Shown here piece after piece: positions 1 through 9,649 of a stretch of DNA of 64,000 nt. Source of the stretch: an uncultured Gammaproteobacteria bacterium (GTDB lineage: Bacteria > Patescibacteriota > Microgenomatia > Woykebacterales > RBG-16-39-9b); NCBI GenBank assembly GCA_964367355.1, contig CAYIWY010000002.1:7296-71295 (forward strand), in the 5' to 3' direction. Both the position numbers and the translations under genes were made by a program. The notes beneath the pieces were generated by a model. It was given only the letters and a program-made list of their open reading frames with translations. It searched no databases and had not been told where the DNA came from. Position 1 is the stretch's first letter, and the number at the start of each line of letters is the position of its first letter.

Positions 1-1
1 T

Positions 2-202
2 CCGCACGAGAAGTTCGTCTTCGGCACCGTCGTCAGTGAGCCGAAGCCGAAGGGAGAAGGTGGGACGATCACCAAGGACACGCAATGCGTCGTCTTCTGG
101 AAATCGCGCTACCCGACACCACGACCGCACCGCAAACCTGGCGAGAGTGAGCGCTCTCGGCTTTCCGTCGAGTACGCCCGCAGCTTGAGCACCCGGATCT
201 AA
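2..202 (+). CDS. C-terminal fragment of a GC-rich gene running off the left edge (…KFVFGTVVSEPKPKGEGG…CVVFWKSRY…)
   Basis: Frame 2 is open from position 2 to a TAA at 200-202. GC is about 60%, far above the window average. It is followed by a hairpin terminator. Coding status is not verified. Confidence 0.3.
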   Translation, partial: PHEKFVFGTVVSEPKPKGEGGTITKDTQCVVFWKSRYPTPRPHRKPGESERSRLSVEYARSLSTRI

Positions 203-224
203 TAACCCCAGGCGATCAAACTAC

Positions 225-267
225 AAACGGCGATGAGGTACAAACTTCACCGCCGTTTAACTTTTTT
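225..267 (+). terminator. Rho-independent terminator
   Basis: Hairpin AAACGGCG (225-232) … CGCCGTTT (251-258), followed by a TTTTTT run (262-267). Confidence 0.55.
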
Positions 268-394
268 AAGTTAACAAATTCCTGACCCTTTTCTTGTTTT
301 AATTACACAGTTAAGCTAAAATTTCCAGACAATGGCACTCAATGTTAACAAAAAATACAAATTAAAGAGTAAAACTACCCAGGAAAACTAGTCT

Positions 395-1534
395 ATGCAA
401 AATGTTGTTTGTCCCCATTGTGGTAAAGAAGTCGAACTCACCGAAGCTTTCCGCCACGAAGTTGAAGAAAGAATATCCAAGGAATTGAAGGCTTCCCAAA
501 AAGAGCAACTCGAAAAAGTTAAAAGAGAAACTGAGGATCTTCTGGCTAAACGCTTTGCTGAGGAAAATAGTTTTCGTGTAAAGAATTATGAAAATGAACT
601 GGAAGAACTACGCAAAAGCAAAAAAGAAACGGAAAATAAGTATCTCGAAATGATGAGAGAAATAAGGGAACTGCGTGAATCAAATGATAAAACTAGAATT
701 GAAAACGAAAGAAAACTTAACGAGCAGATTGAAAAAATCAAAAACGAAGAAGACCAAAAGGGTAAGCTCGAAAAAATGGAGCTACAGAAAAAACTCGACG
801 ACATGCAAAAGTCGCTCGAGGAAGCGCAACGAAAATCAGTCCAAGGTAGCCAACAACTCCAAGGCGAAGTCTTGGAACTGGATCTAGAAAAACAATTGCA
901 ACTTTCTTTTCCGGAAGATGAAATCCTTCCAGTTCCAAAAGGAATTAGTGGGGGAGACGTACTACAAAAAGTCCGCAATAAAATCGGTCGGGAAGCTGGA
1001 ACAATTATCTGGGAAGCAAAAAGAGCTAAATGGCAGCCGGTTTGGCTTAGCAAATTAAAAGAAGATATGCGCTCGGCTAATGCCTCCGAAGCAATTTTGG
1101 TGGTGGAGAATTTGCCGGAAAAACTTCAGAATTCAGGCTTGGTAAATGGAATCTGGGTTACTTCTTACCGAGACGCACTAACTGTAGCAACTACAATCCG
1201 TTTACTATTAATGAAAGTCGCCGCGGCCAAATCGGCCGCTGAAAATAAAGACGAAAAACTAGAAGACCTTTACCAATATATCACCAGCGACAATTTCCGC
1301 CACAAAATCGAATCCCAACTGGAAAGTTTTATTGAATTAAAAGCTGACCTTGACAGCGAAAAACGTTCAATGGAAAAAAACTGGGCCAAAAGAGAAACGC
1401 AACTTTTGCGCTTAGAAAGAAATACTTCAAAGATATTTGGGGAACTCCAAGGCATCGCCGGCCCGGCTTTACCTTCGATCAAACTTTTAGACGGTCCGGA
1501 AACCGAAAACGAACAAGAAGAACTACCTCTTTAG
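395..1534 (+). CDS. Zinc-ribbon plus long coiled-coil protein (DUF2130-like)
   Basis: 379-aa ORF with an N-terminal CPHCG…(CxxC) and E/K-rich heptad-like repeats. Family assignment is from memory. Confidence 0.55.
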   Translation: MQNVVCPHCGKEVELTEAFRHEVEERISKELKASQKEQLEKVKRETEDLLAKRFAEENSFRVKNYENELEELRKSKKETENKYLEMMREIRELRESNDKTRIENERKLNEQIEKIKNEEDQKGKLEKMELQKKLDDMQKSLEEAQRKSVQGSQQLQGEVLELDLEKQLQLSFPEDEILPVPKGISGGDVLQKVRNKIGREAGTIIWEAKRAKWQPVWLSKLKEDMRSANASEAILVVENLPEKLQNSGLVNGIWVTSYRDALTVATTIRLLLMKVAAAKSAAENKDEKLEDLYQYITSDNFRHKIESQLESFIELKADLDSEKRSMEKNWAKRETQLLRLERNTSKIFGELQGIAGPALPSIKLLDGPETENEQEELPL

Positions 1535-3387
1535 CGAGAAGCGCGCAGAGCATTGAAGATTACAATCACATCAATAACCTCCTGCAAAATTGCCCCTTGG
1601 ACCGGTTTGATAAAACCAGAGGCAGCCAAAATCATCGCCACAAAAGAAGCTCCCATACCAAACATGATTCCGCCGCGGGCGATCGAAAGAACCTCTTTGC
1701 CAATCTCAATCACTTCTCGAACTTTAGCTAAATCATCGACTAAAAGAACTATATCAGCTGATTCACTGGAAACACTACTGCCACCAGCTCCCAGGGCTAT
1801 ACCAACGCTTGAGGCTGCCAGTGCCGGAGCATCGTTGAAACCATCGCCAACCATCACAACATTGCTGTATTTCTTTTTCAAACTATTAACAAAACTTACT
1901 TTTTCATCAGGCAGGCTTTGGGCTTTAACAATATCTATTCCAGTAATCGTAGCTACTTGACCTGCAACTTTTTCGCTGTCTCCGGTTAACATTGCAACAA
2001 TCTCAATTCCGGAGTTTTTTAAGCTTTGAATAATTTGCTTAATATCCGGCCTAATTTCATCACCAAAAACTATTCCCCCAATGATTTTTTTATCCAAAGC
2101 AACGAAACTTACCATACGTCCTAGTTGGTTCTGCTCTTTTTTAAAGCTTAGCCAATATTGGTTGAATTTGACACCAAAAGTCTCCAAAAACGCTACGCTA
2201 GAAACTATTACTTCCTTATTTTTAACTTTGCCTTTAACCCCCTTACCAAAACTCTCTTTAAAGTTTTCCGGGAAAACTAGCTCAATTTTTTTGTCATGCG
2301 CTTCTTTAACGACGGCCTTTGCGAGAATATGGGCTGACAATCTTTCCACTGAGGCGGAGTAGAAAAGTAGTTCTTTCTCGGAAAGTTTATCCAATTTTTT
2401 TATTTCGACAATTTTCGGAACACCAAAAGTCAGTGTTCCGGTTTTATCAAAAACAACTGCCCGGGTCTGACCAACTTTCTCCAGCGAACCACCATTTTTC
2501 ACCACAATTCCGCGCTTGGCTGATTTATTAATCCCACCCATAATCGCAATCGGCGTGGCTAAAATTAAAGGGCAAGGAGTCGCAACCACCAAAACAGCCA
2601 GAACATTAGTGACATTTTGCGTCAAAAGATAAGTCAGAAAAGCAACTATCAAAGTAATTGGCGTAAAAATTGCACCATATTTGTCCGCCAACCGATGGAT
2701 TGGAGCCTTGGTAGTTTGAGCTTCGCGAACTAAAGCAACGATCTGTTCGTATTTACTTTCGGAAGAGGTGCGAATTGCTCTTATCTGGACTGGATTATCG
2801 AGGTTAACACTTCCCGAAAGTACTGCACTGTTGTAAGCTTTGTGGGTTGGGACGCTCTCACCGGTTAAAGCCGCCTCATTCAGTGATGTTTCGCCTTTGA
2901 TGATGACACCATCAACCGGAATCAACTCCCCGGGTTTAACTAACAAAATATCGCCTTCTCGAACTGTTTCTACTTTGACATCTGAGATTTCTTTGTCTTT
3001 AACCAAATGAGCAATTCTGGGAGCGTTTTCGGCCAGTTTCTTTAGGGCGTCTGAAGCGTTTTGCAAGGCAAAGTCCTCCAAAGCCCGTCCACCTGAAAGC
3101 ATAATGATAATGATTGCGCCAGCTAAATACTCACCCAAAAGTAGGGAAGTAATAATTGCCAAAACAGCAATAATATCAGCCCCCCAATTGCGTTTTAGGA
3201 TTTCCTTGAGAGTTTCGTAAGCTAAGGGAATACCACCAAAGATTATCACCAACAAAAATATCAGGTCGGAGAATGCTTTGTTGCCAAAAAACAATTCAAA
3301 AATACTAAAGGCAACTAGAATCAAAGAAAAGAAAAACACGGGGTAACGTAACAAAATCTTCGGGGAAGAGGGGAAAAAACGTTTCAT
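1531..3387 (-). CDS. Heavy-metal translocating P-type (P1B) ATPase lacking an N-terminal metal-binding domain
   Basis: DKTGTLT phosphorylation motif, TGES, TPCP (CPx-like) in TM6 and GDGFNDAPALAAS hinge. 618 aa with multiple TM segments. Confidence 0.9.
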   Translation of the reverse strand: MKRFFPSSPKILLRYPVFFFSLILVAFSIFELFFGNKAFSDLIFLLVIIFGGIPLAYETLKEILKRNWGADIIAVLAIITSLLLGEYLAGAIIIIMLSGGRALEDFALQNASDALKKLAENAPRIAHLVKDKEISDVKVETVREGDILLVKPGELIPVDGVIIKGETSLNEAALTGESVPTHKAYNSAVLSGSVNLDNPVQIRAIRTSSESKYEQIVALVREAQTTKAPIHRLADKYGAIFTPITLIVAFLTYLLTQNVTNVLAVLVVATPCPLILATPIAIMGGINKSAKRGIVVKNGGSLEKVGQTRAVVFDKTGTLTFGVPKIVEIKKLDKLSEKELLFYSASVERLSAHILAKAVVKEAHDKKIELVFPENFKESFGKGVKGKVKNKEVIVSSVAFLETFGVKFNQYWLSFKKEQNQLGRMVSFVALDKKIIGGIVFGDEIRPDIKQIIQSLKNSGIEIVAMLTGDSEKVAGQVATITGIDIVKAQSLPDEKVSFVNSLKKKYSNVVMVGDGFNDAPALAASSVGIALGAGGSSVSSESADIVLLVDDLAKVREVIEIGKEVLSIARGGIMFGMGASFVAMILAASGFIKPVQGAILQEVIDVIVIFNALRASR

Positions 3388-3442
3388 AGGTTTATTCTAA
3401 CGCAAAGTTGTTTAAAAAGGAAAAAATCGCTAGAATAAACTT

Positions 3443-3568
3443 ATGCCGCAGAAAACAAACGACCCGCTCAAACACCCGTTAATAATAGGGCTTTTTGTTT
3501 TTGGTTTAATTTTAATATTTCTCTTTGGAGCCGTCTTTTTTATTCTACAATCTTTGAAAATTAGTTAG
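3443..3568 (+). CDS. Possible 41-aa hydrophobic peptide (MPQKTNDPLKHPLIIGLFVFGLILIFLFGAVFFILQSLKIS)
   Basis: ATG-initiated small ORF in an otherwise empty 220-bp gap, with a single predicted TM helix. No SD. Confidence 0.2.
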   Translation: MPQKTNDPLKHPLIIGLFVFGLILIFLFGAVFFILQSLKIS

Positions 3569-3606
3569 TTTGCTTTTGCCTTCAGAGAATGTCAAACTAA
3601 ATATTA

Positions 3607-4197
3607 ATGACAACAATTTACTTCGTTAGACACGGAGCAACTGAAAATAGAGGTCGAATAATTTATGGGCGAATGCCGGGCTTTAACCTTAGTGAAATTG
3701 GTCGTAAGGAGGCAGAGAGAACGGGTCAGTTTTTTGCCCAAAAAAATATTAAACAGATTTATACGTCCCCTTTAGAACGAGCCTTCCAAACAGCTGATTT
3801 TATCTCCAACCAAATCCCAGGTTCAACTATTACCCATAATTTTGACCTAAACGAGGTCGAAAGTTCTAGCTGGCAAGGTTTGTCCCCGGATGAACTTTTT
3901 AAGAATAACTCTTATGAAATGTTTATCAACGATCCAAATGCTGATATTGGCAGTGAAAATTTAAACCAACTAGTCTACCGAATCAAAAAATTCACCGAAG
4001 AAGTTGTCCAAAAACACAAGGGGGAAGAAGTCATTTGTGTATCCCACGAAATTCCAATGCTGGCATTAAAACTGCATTTTGAAGACAAACCTTTAGTCAG
4101 TTTGAAAACCTATCACTTATCGACTTGCTCAATAATCGAATTCGGATTTGATGAAAACGGCAAGTTTGTTTCTGCAAAATTACTAACCTCAGCTTAA
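3607..4197 (+). CDS. Histidine phosphatase family protein (phosphoglycerate-mutase-like)
   Basis: N-terminal YFVRHGATE…R…G (RHG catalytic motif). 196 aa. Confidence 0.8.
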   Translation: MTTIYFVRHGATENRGRIIYGRMPGFNLSEIGRKEAERTGQFFAQKNIKQIYTSPLERAFQTADFISNQIPGSTITHNFDLNEVESSSWQGLSPDELFKNNSYEMFINDPNADIGSENLNQLVYRIKKFTEEVVQKHKGEEVICVSHEIPMLALKLHFEDKPLVSLKTYHLSTCSIIEFGFDENGKFVSAKLLTSA

Positions 4198-4589
4198 TTT
4201 CTACGAAACAAGCGTTTATTGATCGAGTGTAGCGCGTCTCCAAATCCCAATCTAGCAATTAAGTTTTTTCGGATGTGTTTATCATCTCCTTTTTGGTGTC
4301 TTTCTTTCTCCCGACGAAGCACTTCAATCATCCTCTGGACTGATCGATCAATAGCTTTGTACATATCTCGCTCTTGATCCGAGACTTTGAAGGTATGTCC
4401 TGGAACTTTAACCAGAATATCAGCGATAAAATCATCTTCTTTATTTTTTCGCCCAATTTCAGTGCGAAGTTCAACCTCAATTTTAACTATTTCCGGATAG
4501 TAATGATAAAATTTTTCAGATTTCTTTAGTGCAAAATTTTCTAAAGCTGCATTTTCTTTTACAGTTGTACCTTTAATAACTATATTCAT
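4194..4589 (-). CDS. hpf: Ribosome hibernation promoting factor (HPF/RaiA, short form)
   Basis: 131 aa. N-terminal MNIVIKGTTVKENAALENFALKK…HKVSDQE…YKAIDR…ERHQ matches the sigma-54-modulation/RaiA fold pattern. Confidence 0.8.
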   Translation of the reverse strand: MNIVIKGTTVKENAALENFALKKSEKFYHYYPEIVKIEVELRTEIGRKNKEDDFIADILVKVPGHTFKVSDQERDMYKAIDRSVQRMIEVLRREKERHQKGDDKHIRKNLIARLGFGDALHSINKRLFRRN

Positions 4590-4651
4590 ATGGAAAAGAT
4601 TATATCGCGCTCGAGATAAAAGTACCAGATGTCCGAAAATAAATTACCACA

Positions 4652-5434
4652 CTAAAAAACTTCGGGATTAACAACATCAGAGAGCACAATTTTACCCTCA
4701 AGTATTTTTAATGATTGAGCCGGAATTGTACTGCCGGAAATTGAGAGTCCAATCTTACTTAAACTACTGTCAATGATATTGCTAGCTAGAAAAGTAGGTA
4801 TTTCGAGTTTTCCAAATTTTGCTTGCTCGATATTAAGCTGGACTGTCAAACCTTCTACCTGCATTGTACCCACAATTTCGACCGGCGCATTAGTAGAAAT
4901 TAGATTTCCCGTAAAGATAAACTTACTATTTACTAATTTCAATTTCTGATTTCCGATCGGGAAGCCAATATTATTGCTGATCTGATTATTTAACAGTGCA
5001 TTGATCTCTGCTTCGCTAAGTTCTATATTTTTTAAGCTTTCACCCTCCTCCAAATTTCTTACTTTGTCAATCTTTGAGCTAACTTTTGCAAATTGGTCAA
5101 TCTCAACCGTTGTGAAAGACACTTGTTCAGACCCAAACAAATATCCTGTTAAAAATGGGACCTTTACTAAACCAGTCGAGCCGACTGCTCCCAGGGTAAC
5201 CACGGCAACTATCGATAAGATGATTAGGTTTCCAACAAACCAGCCAGCTAATAGCAAACCAAAAGTTGCAAAACCACCTCGCTTTGATAACCCTCCGGAA
5301 TTAGAAGGGATACCTGGATTCAAAACAATTGGCGGTTGCATCTGAAAATTGACCGACTCAATTTTTGGGGTTGGTGAAACTTCTGTTGGCGGTGGGAGTT
5401 GGATAGTATCTTCACTAAAAGCAGTATTTTCCAT
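4652..5434 (-). CDS. Hypothetical membrane-anchored protein
   Basis: ORF 4652..5482. One TM (FATFGLLLAGWFVGNLIILSIVAVVTLG) followed by an extracytoplasmic domain. The internal Met (MENTAF…) is the more likely start. Confidence 0.45.
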   Translation of the reverse strand: MENTAFSEDTIQLPPPTEVSPTPKIESVNFQMQPPIVLNPGIPSNSGGLSKRGGFATFGLLLAGWFVGNLIILSIVAVVTLGAVGSTGLVKVPFLTGYLFGSEQVSFTTVEIDQFAKVSSKIDKVRNLEEGESLKNIELSEAEINALLNNQISNNIGFPIGNQKLKLVNSKFIFTGNLISTNAPVEIVGTMQVEGLTVQLNIEQAKFGKLEIPTFLASNIIDSSLSKIGLSISGSTIPAQSLKILEGKIVLSDVVNPEVF

Positions 5435-5526
5435 ATGTCTTAATAATAGCCTAACCAATACGGTAATTTCTGTCAATCTCACTTGAAAAATTTGATAAAA
5501 AAAAGGCTATCCCTTAAACTTAAAGA

Positions 5527-5889
5527 ATGCATCCTGCCATTTCGTTTAGTGCCTATCTTTCTAGCCTACCTCTACAATTTCTTCTGTGGTGGTTTGTTGA
5601 GGCTACCTTTACCTTATTTAAAATAATGCGCTTTTCTCTAGCCGCCGCCTACCATTTACTGGGAACAGGTTCTCTTATCAAAACTTTCTTCAAACCCTGG
5701 AAAAACGAATACCGTGAAGGGTTGGTACGTTTTTCTATTCTTATGGGTATGTTTATGAAAACAATGCTGTTGATTTTCGATCTTTTCTTTTTTTCTTTTC
5801 TTATTTTGACAGAGTTTATTCTTTTGCTAGGCTGGATTTTACTACCACTGATAGTTTTGGGAGGAGTCTATGCTGCAATTTTCTCCTAA
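5527..5889 (+). CDS. Small polytopic membrane protein
   Basis: 120 aa with 3-4 hydrophobic helices. Overlaps the start of the Clp-like gene by 20 nt in a different frame. Confidence 0.4.
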   Translation: MHPAISFSAYLSSLPLQFLLWWFVEATFTLFKIMRFSLAAAYHLLGTGSLIKTFFKPWKNEYREGLVRFSILMGMFMKTMLLIFDLFFFSFLILTEFILLLGWILLPLIVLGGVYAAIFS

Positions 5890-8326
5890 AAACTCCACCC
5901 TCTGGCAAGTGGCTGCTTTTAGCCTAGTCTATTCATCAATTTTCGGTGTAATTATCCGGCTGGGAATTCTATTTGGCTTATTCTTAACTATAATTCTTCT
6001 GACAACCAACGGTTCACAAAAACTACCACTTTTTATTTTTTCCCTTTTCGGAACTTTTTTGATGTTTGAGGCCTTTTACCGCTTTAAAGTTTTGCGCACT
6101 AAACCAGCTTTAAAAGGCTCGGAGATTTCTGAAAAAACCAATTTAGCGGATTTGGTTTCGCTCGATCTTGCCAAGGCTCTGCTATTGCATACCAAGTGGT
6201 CGACAACTTCTGCCCTTGTTAAGGTGCTCTATACCAACCGAAAAGTAAAGTTTGTTTTTAATAAAGCCGGTATTAGTACAGCGGATCTCAAACAAACTTT
6301 AGAAATAAATGAAACAGTCAATATCGCCTCTCTACTGCAAGAAGCATTGGCTTTTGCGGAAAAAGACAACGTTTACCATATCGATAGTCTAAGTTTACTT
6401 GCCGCCATTTTTGCGAACTCAAAAGCTTTAGAAAAGCTACTTTTTGATCAGGAATTAAAATTTGCAGATTTAGTCAATATTATCCACTGGGGAAGAATCT
6501 TTTATCACGAGAGAGAAGGGTCAATCCCGTTTTGGGAAAAGCCGACAACTTCTTTGGGGATAGGCATGGCATCGGTTTGGTCCGGAGGCTGGACGATCGA
6601 AACCGAGAAATTTACCAAAGATATTTCTAGCGAGATATTAGGAAAGGAGGAGCACTATTTAGTTGGTCGAAAAAAAGAAATTTCTGAAGTCGAAAATGTC
6701 TTATCCAGATCTGAAAGGCGAAATGTAATCCTACTGGGACAACCAGGCCTAGGCAAAAACACTATAGTCTACTCACTGGCAGCAAAGTCAGTCCGCGGTG
6801 AACTTCCTGACTCACTTCGCTTCAAACGATTCTTGGAGCTTGATGTCACCTCTGTTATTGCAAGTGCCAACCCGAACGAGATTGAGCAAAGAGTAAAAAA
6901 TATACTGGTAGAAATAAGTCATGCCGGAAATGTTGTTCTGTTTATTCCTGAAATTGAGAACCTTGCTGGAGCCTTGGAGAACGGCAAATTGGATATTTCC
7001 GGATTACTGGTTAATTCGCTACAGGATATAGATCTACAGATAATCGGGACGTCCAATCGCGCTGCCTTTCACCAATTTATCGAATCAAAAGCCGCCTTTG
7101 CCAATGACTTTGAGGCTATCGACGTTTCGCAGCCATCAGTTGAAGAAGCAATACAAATTCTGGAAGAGGTTGCAATAAAAATAGAGCAAAAAAACAATTG
7201 CATTGTCACATACTCTGCTATCAAAGCGTCAGTTGAACTGTCGGAAAGATACCTAGTCGATCGGGTTCTTCCTGGAAAAGCGATTGATATTTTAGATGAG
7301 GCTTCTTCCGCAAAAGCTTTAAATGGGGGAGGTTTGTTAACTAAAGACGATATCGAAAAAGTTATTTCTGACAAGACCAATATTCCGTCTGGCATTGCGA
7401 AAGGAGAAGAAAAAGACAAACTTCTTAAACTTTCCAAAACTCTGCACCAGAGAATAGTCGGTCAGGACGAGGCCATCGATTCGATTTCCCTAGCAATCCA
7501 GCGTTCCCGAACTTTGAAAAAAGAGTCAACACGCCCCAACGGTGTATTTCTTTTTCTTGGCCCAACTGGAGTAGGAAAAACTGAAACCGCTAAAGCATTG
7601 GCGGAGGTTTATTACGGATCGGAAGAGCGAATTATTCGTTTTGATATGAGCGAGTTCAACCAGGAGACCGCGGTTTTTCGTCTGATTGGTTCACCTCCCG
7701 GTTCATCTGAATACAAAGAAGGTGGGCAACTAACTGAAGCAGTACGCGTCAATCCATTTAGTTTAATACTCTTGGACGAGCTGGAAAAATCCCATCACAA
7801 AGTACTCGAACTTTTTCTGGCAATTTTTGACGAGGGGAGAATTACCGATTCTTCGGGAAGACTAATTAGTTTTACAAATACGATAATTATTGGAACCTCG
7901 AACGCTGGAGCTGAATTTATCCGTGAGAACATTCAGAAGAACACGCCGGCTGAAACCTTGAAAAAAACCTTAACTGAAAAACTTCTTCACGACGGTATTT
8001 TTAAACCAGAATTTCTCAATCGTTTTGACAGTGTTGTTGTCTATAAACCACTCAACCAGGCAGAAGTGGAAAAAGTCGTTAGTTTAATGATTGTAAAACT
8101 TATCAAAAGACTACAAAAACAGGATTTGGAAATCAGTGTCGCACCAGAAGTGGTCACATACTTAGCCCAAAAAGGCTATGATCCAGAGTTTGGAGCCCGA
8201 CCCTTGCAACGAGCAATTCAAGATCAACTGGAAGGCTTAATTTCAAAAGCTCTTCTCGAAGGAAAACTCAACCGCGGTTCAAAAGCCAATGTGATTCTAG
8301 TTGGAAACGGTCTGCAACTTTCTTAA
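5870..8326 (+). CDS. ClpC/ClpB-family AAA+ ATPase with N-terminal transmembrane helices; D1 module degenerate
   Basis: GGGAGGAG SD 8 nt upstream of the ATG. Two N-terminal TM helices, then Clp_N-like repeats. D1 Walker A is GQPGLGKNT (GKN, not GKT) and D1 Walker B is LFIPEIENL (D to P). D2 is intact: GPTGVGKTETAKALA, LLDELEK. Confidence 0.85.
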   Translation: MLQFSPKNSTLWQVAAFSLVYSSIFGVIIRLGILFGLFLTIILLTTNGSQKLPLFIFSLFGTFLMFEAFYRFKVLRTKPALKGSEISEKTNLADLVSLDLAKALLLHTKWSTTSALVKVLYTNRKVKFVFNKAGISTADLKQTLEINETVNIASLLQEALAFAEKDNVYHIDSLSLLAAIFANSKALEKLLFDQELKFADLVNIIHWGRIFYHEREGSIPFWEKPTTSLGIGMASVWSGGWTIETEKFTKDISSEILGKEEHYLVGRKKEISEVENVLSRSERRNVILLGQPGLGKNTIVYSLAAKSVRGELPDSLRFKRFLELDVTSVIASANPNEIEQRVKNILVEISHAGNVVLFIPEIENLAGALENGKLDISGLLVNSLQDIDLQIIGTSNRAAFHQFIESKAAFANDFEAIDVSQPSVEEAIQILEEVAIKIEQKNNCIVTYSAIKASVELSERYLVDRVLPGKAIDILDEASSAKALNGGGLLTKDDIEKVISDKTNIPSGIAKGEEKDKLLKLSKTLHQRIVGQDEAIDSISLAIQRSRTLKKESTRPNGVFLFLGPTGVGKTETAKALAEVYYGSEERIIRFDMSEFNQETAVFRLIGSPPGSSEYKEGGQLTEAVRVNPFSLILLDELEKSHHKVLELFLAIFDEGRITDSSGRLISFTNTIIIGTSNAGAEFIRENIQKNTPAETLKKTLTEKLLHDGIFKPEFLNRFDSVVVYKPLNQAEVEKVVSLMIVKLIKRLQKQDLEISVAPEVVTYLAQKGYDPEFGARPLQRAIQDQLEGLISKALLEGKLNRGSKANVILVGNGLQLS

Positions 8327-8393
8327 ATTCAAATCTTTGGCCATGTGCGGTATAATAAGGCTCTTCAATAAAGAAAGCAGGGAGGTTTGAAAA

Positions 8394-8705
8394 GTGTTCA
8401 AGCGATTTTGGCTTTGGTTGACTGAAAATTTCGGCTTCTTGACCACAAAAGGATTCGTTTGCTCGTACTTCTTCGGATTATTTGGAGCAGCCTGCTTCTA
8501 TCGCCTATTGATAGAAGGTGAGGGTCTAACTGCAATAATAATTACCGAGCTGGTCGTGATCGGATTAATCTTCTTCTCGGTTGCATTAGTCGCTGGACTC
8601 TTTATTTTTGGTGAATATTGGCCAGGTCTCCACTTCGGAAACGTTCTCGCTGATCTTGACGCAGGGAAAGGACTTGCTTCTAAACCAAGACGAAAACGTC
8701 TCTGA
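8394..8705 (+). CDS. Small membrane protein
   Basis: GTG start after AGGGAGG. 103 aa with two TM helices and a basic tail. Confidence 0.4.
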   Translation: MFKRFWLWLTENFGFLTTKGFVCSYFFGLFGAACFYRLLIEGEGLTAIIITELVVIGLIFFSVALVAGLFIFGEYWPGLHFGNVLADLDAGKGLASKPRRKRL

Positions 8706-8738
8706 AGACTCAAGAAAGAACGGTGGGTAACAGCTGAA

Positions 8739-8769
8739 GGTCTGGTTAAAATTATAACCAGACCTTTTT
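8739..8769 (+). terminator. Rho-independent terminator
   Basis: GGTCTGGTT (8739-8747) … AACCAGACC (8755-8763), then TTTTT. Confidence 0.6.
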
Positions 8770-8771
8770 CA

Positions 8772-8835
8772 TTGACAAGGACGGGCCTTGTCAATGTTTT
8801 CGTTAATTTTAGCCTGCAAGGCCCGGTCTTGTCAC
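8772..8835. repeat. Two copies of the palindromic motif CAAGG-CCCGG-CTTGTCA (TTGACAAGGACGGGCCTTGTCAA at 8772-8794; CAAGGCCCGGTCTTGTCAC at 8817-8835)
   Basis: The first copy is a perfect 9-bp inverted repeat with a 5-nt centre. The second is a one-mismatch variant. A third copy lies at 9650-9668. Confidence 0.6.
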
Positions 8836-8931
8836 AACATTTTAAAACCCAAAATCTGCGAAGCAGAGCGCAGGATCCTAACGGGGTTAATCCTAAGTCG
8901 TCTTCGACGCAAGACGCAAAGCGGCTTATAG

Positions 8932-8961
8932 TTTGACTTCTCCTGGGTTTTGTGGTAAAGT
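8932..8961 (+). promoter_or_regulatory. Sigma-70-like promoter TTGACT-17-TAAAGT
   Basis: Hexamers at 8933-8938 and 8956-8961, preceded by CTTATAG. They sit upstream of an AGGAGG SD and the ATG at 8992. Confidence 0.45.
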
Positions 8962-8991
8962 AATTTCAAACTGACACAGGAGGTGCTTTCG

Positions 8992-9462
8992 ATGTTTCTC
9001 GGGAGAGAGTGGAAGTGCCAAAAGTGCGGCACTTTAAACAAAGCGCGGTACGCTTCTTACGATACGTGTCGTGCCTGCGGCCACATGGCGCGATCGTATA
9101 CCAATTGGCTCCGCAGTCTTTTTCGCCCCTACCAAAACACTTACATGGTGTTTGAAGTCAAGGAGTGTTACAGAAAAGGACGACGGAAGCTGCCGAACAA
9201 AAAGGTCGAAGGCCTCTTTGGTAATATCTGCCATCGACCCGAAACCGGGTTTACGATTGAGTTCGAAGTTCGCAAGTATAACGGTCGCAGATTGAGGATG
9301 AGAATGTCGTTTCCTTTGATCGACATTCTTCCCTGGGGCAAGGACCTCTACAATCTGATCTACAACCCAGACATTTTGCTTGCCAAACTCGCTGCCAGAG
9401 AAGCGCTACCAGCAGTTTTCAATCAAATCACGAGTCCTGAGGCACAGCTTGTGATTGGCTAA
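8992..9462 (+). CDS. Zinc-ribbon protein (WKCQKCG…CRACGH), function unknown
   Basis: AGGAGG 8 nt upstream of the ATG at 8992 (the track ORF starts at a GTG at 8983). GC is about 50%. Confidence 0.5.
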   Translation: MFLGREWKCQKCGTLNKARYASYDTCRACGHMARSYTNWLRSLFRPYQNTYMVFEVKECYRKGRRKLPNKKVEGLFGNICHRPETGFTIEFEVRKYNGRRLRMRMSFPLIDILPWGKDLYNLIYNPDILLAKLAAREALPAVFNQITSPEAQLVIG

Positions 9463-9580
9463 TCTTGGCCAGGCCTCTGAAAGGGATCGTTGGAAAGTAA
9501 TTTGTGATTGATCGGTGGGCCAATCGCACATCCAACCCCTTAATAAGTTGCCGTTTTGAACAGACCCGTCCACCAAGTAA

Positions 9581-9635
9581 GCCCCGTTGTGGTAATTAAA
9601 AACTACCAGCATCACCAACGGGGCTCTTTCTTTTT
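9581..9635 (+). terminator. Rho-independent terminator
   Basis: GCCCCGTTG … CAACGGGGC stem followed by TCTTTCTTTTT. Confidence 0.6.
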
Positions 9636-9649
9636 CATAAGTCTTACTC

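Noticed and set aside
586-1053. Antisense ORFs inside confident genes (for example 586..1053-, 1553..1960+, 16185..16637-, 27640..28059+, 44926..45402-, 52001..52700+ and 53529..53899).
   Set aside because: They lie wholly inside longer, motif-supported ORFs on the other strand. They have low-complexity or S/T/R-biased composition typical of shadow frames, and no SD.
5527-8326. Frameshifted single gene (membrane ORF 5527..5889 plus Clp ORF 5870..8326).
   Set aside because: A strong GGGAGGAG SD sits 8 nt before the ATG at 5870. The upstream ORF ends with its own stop. Translational coupling of two genes is the simpler reading.
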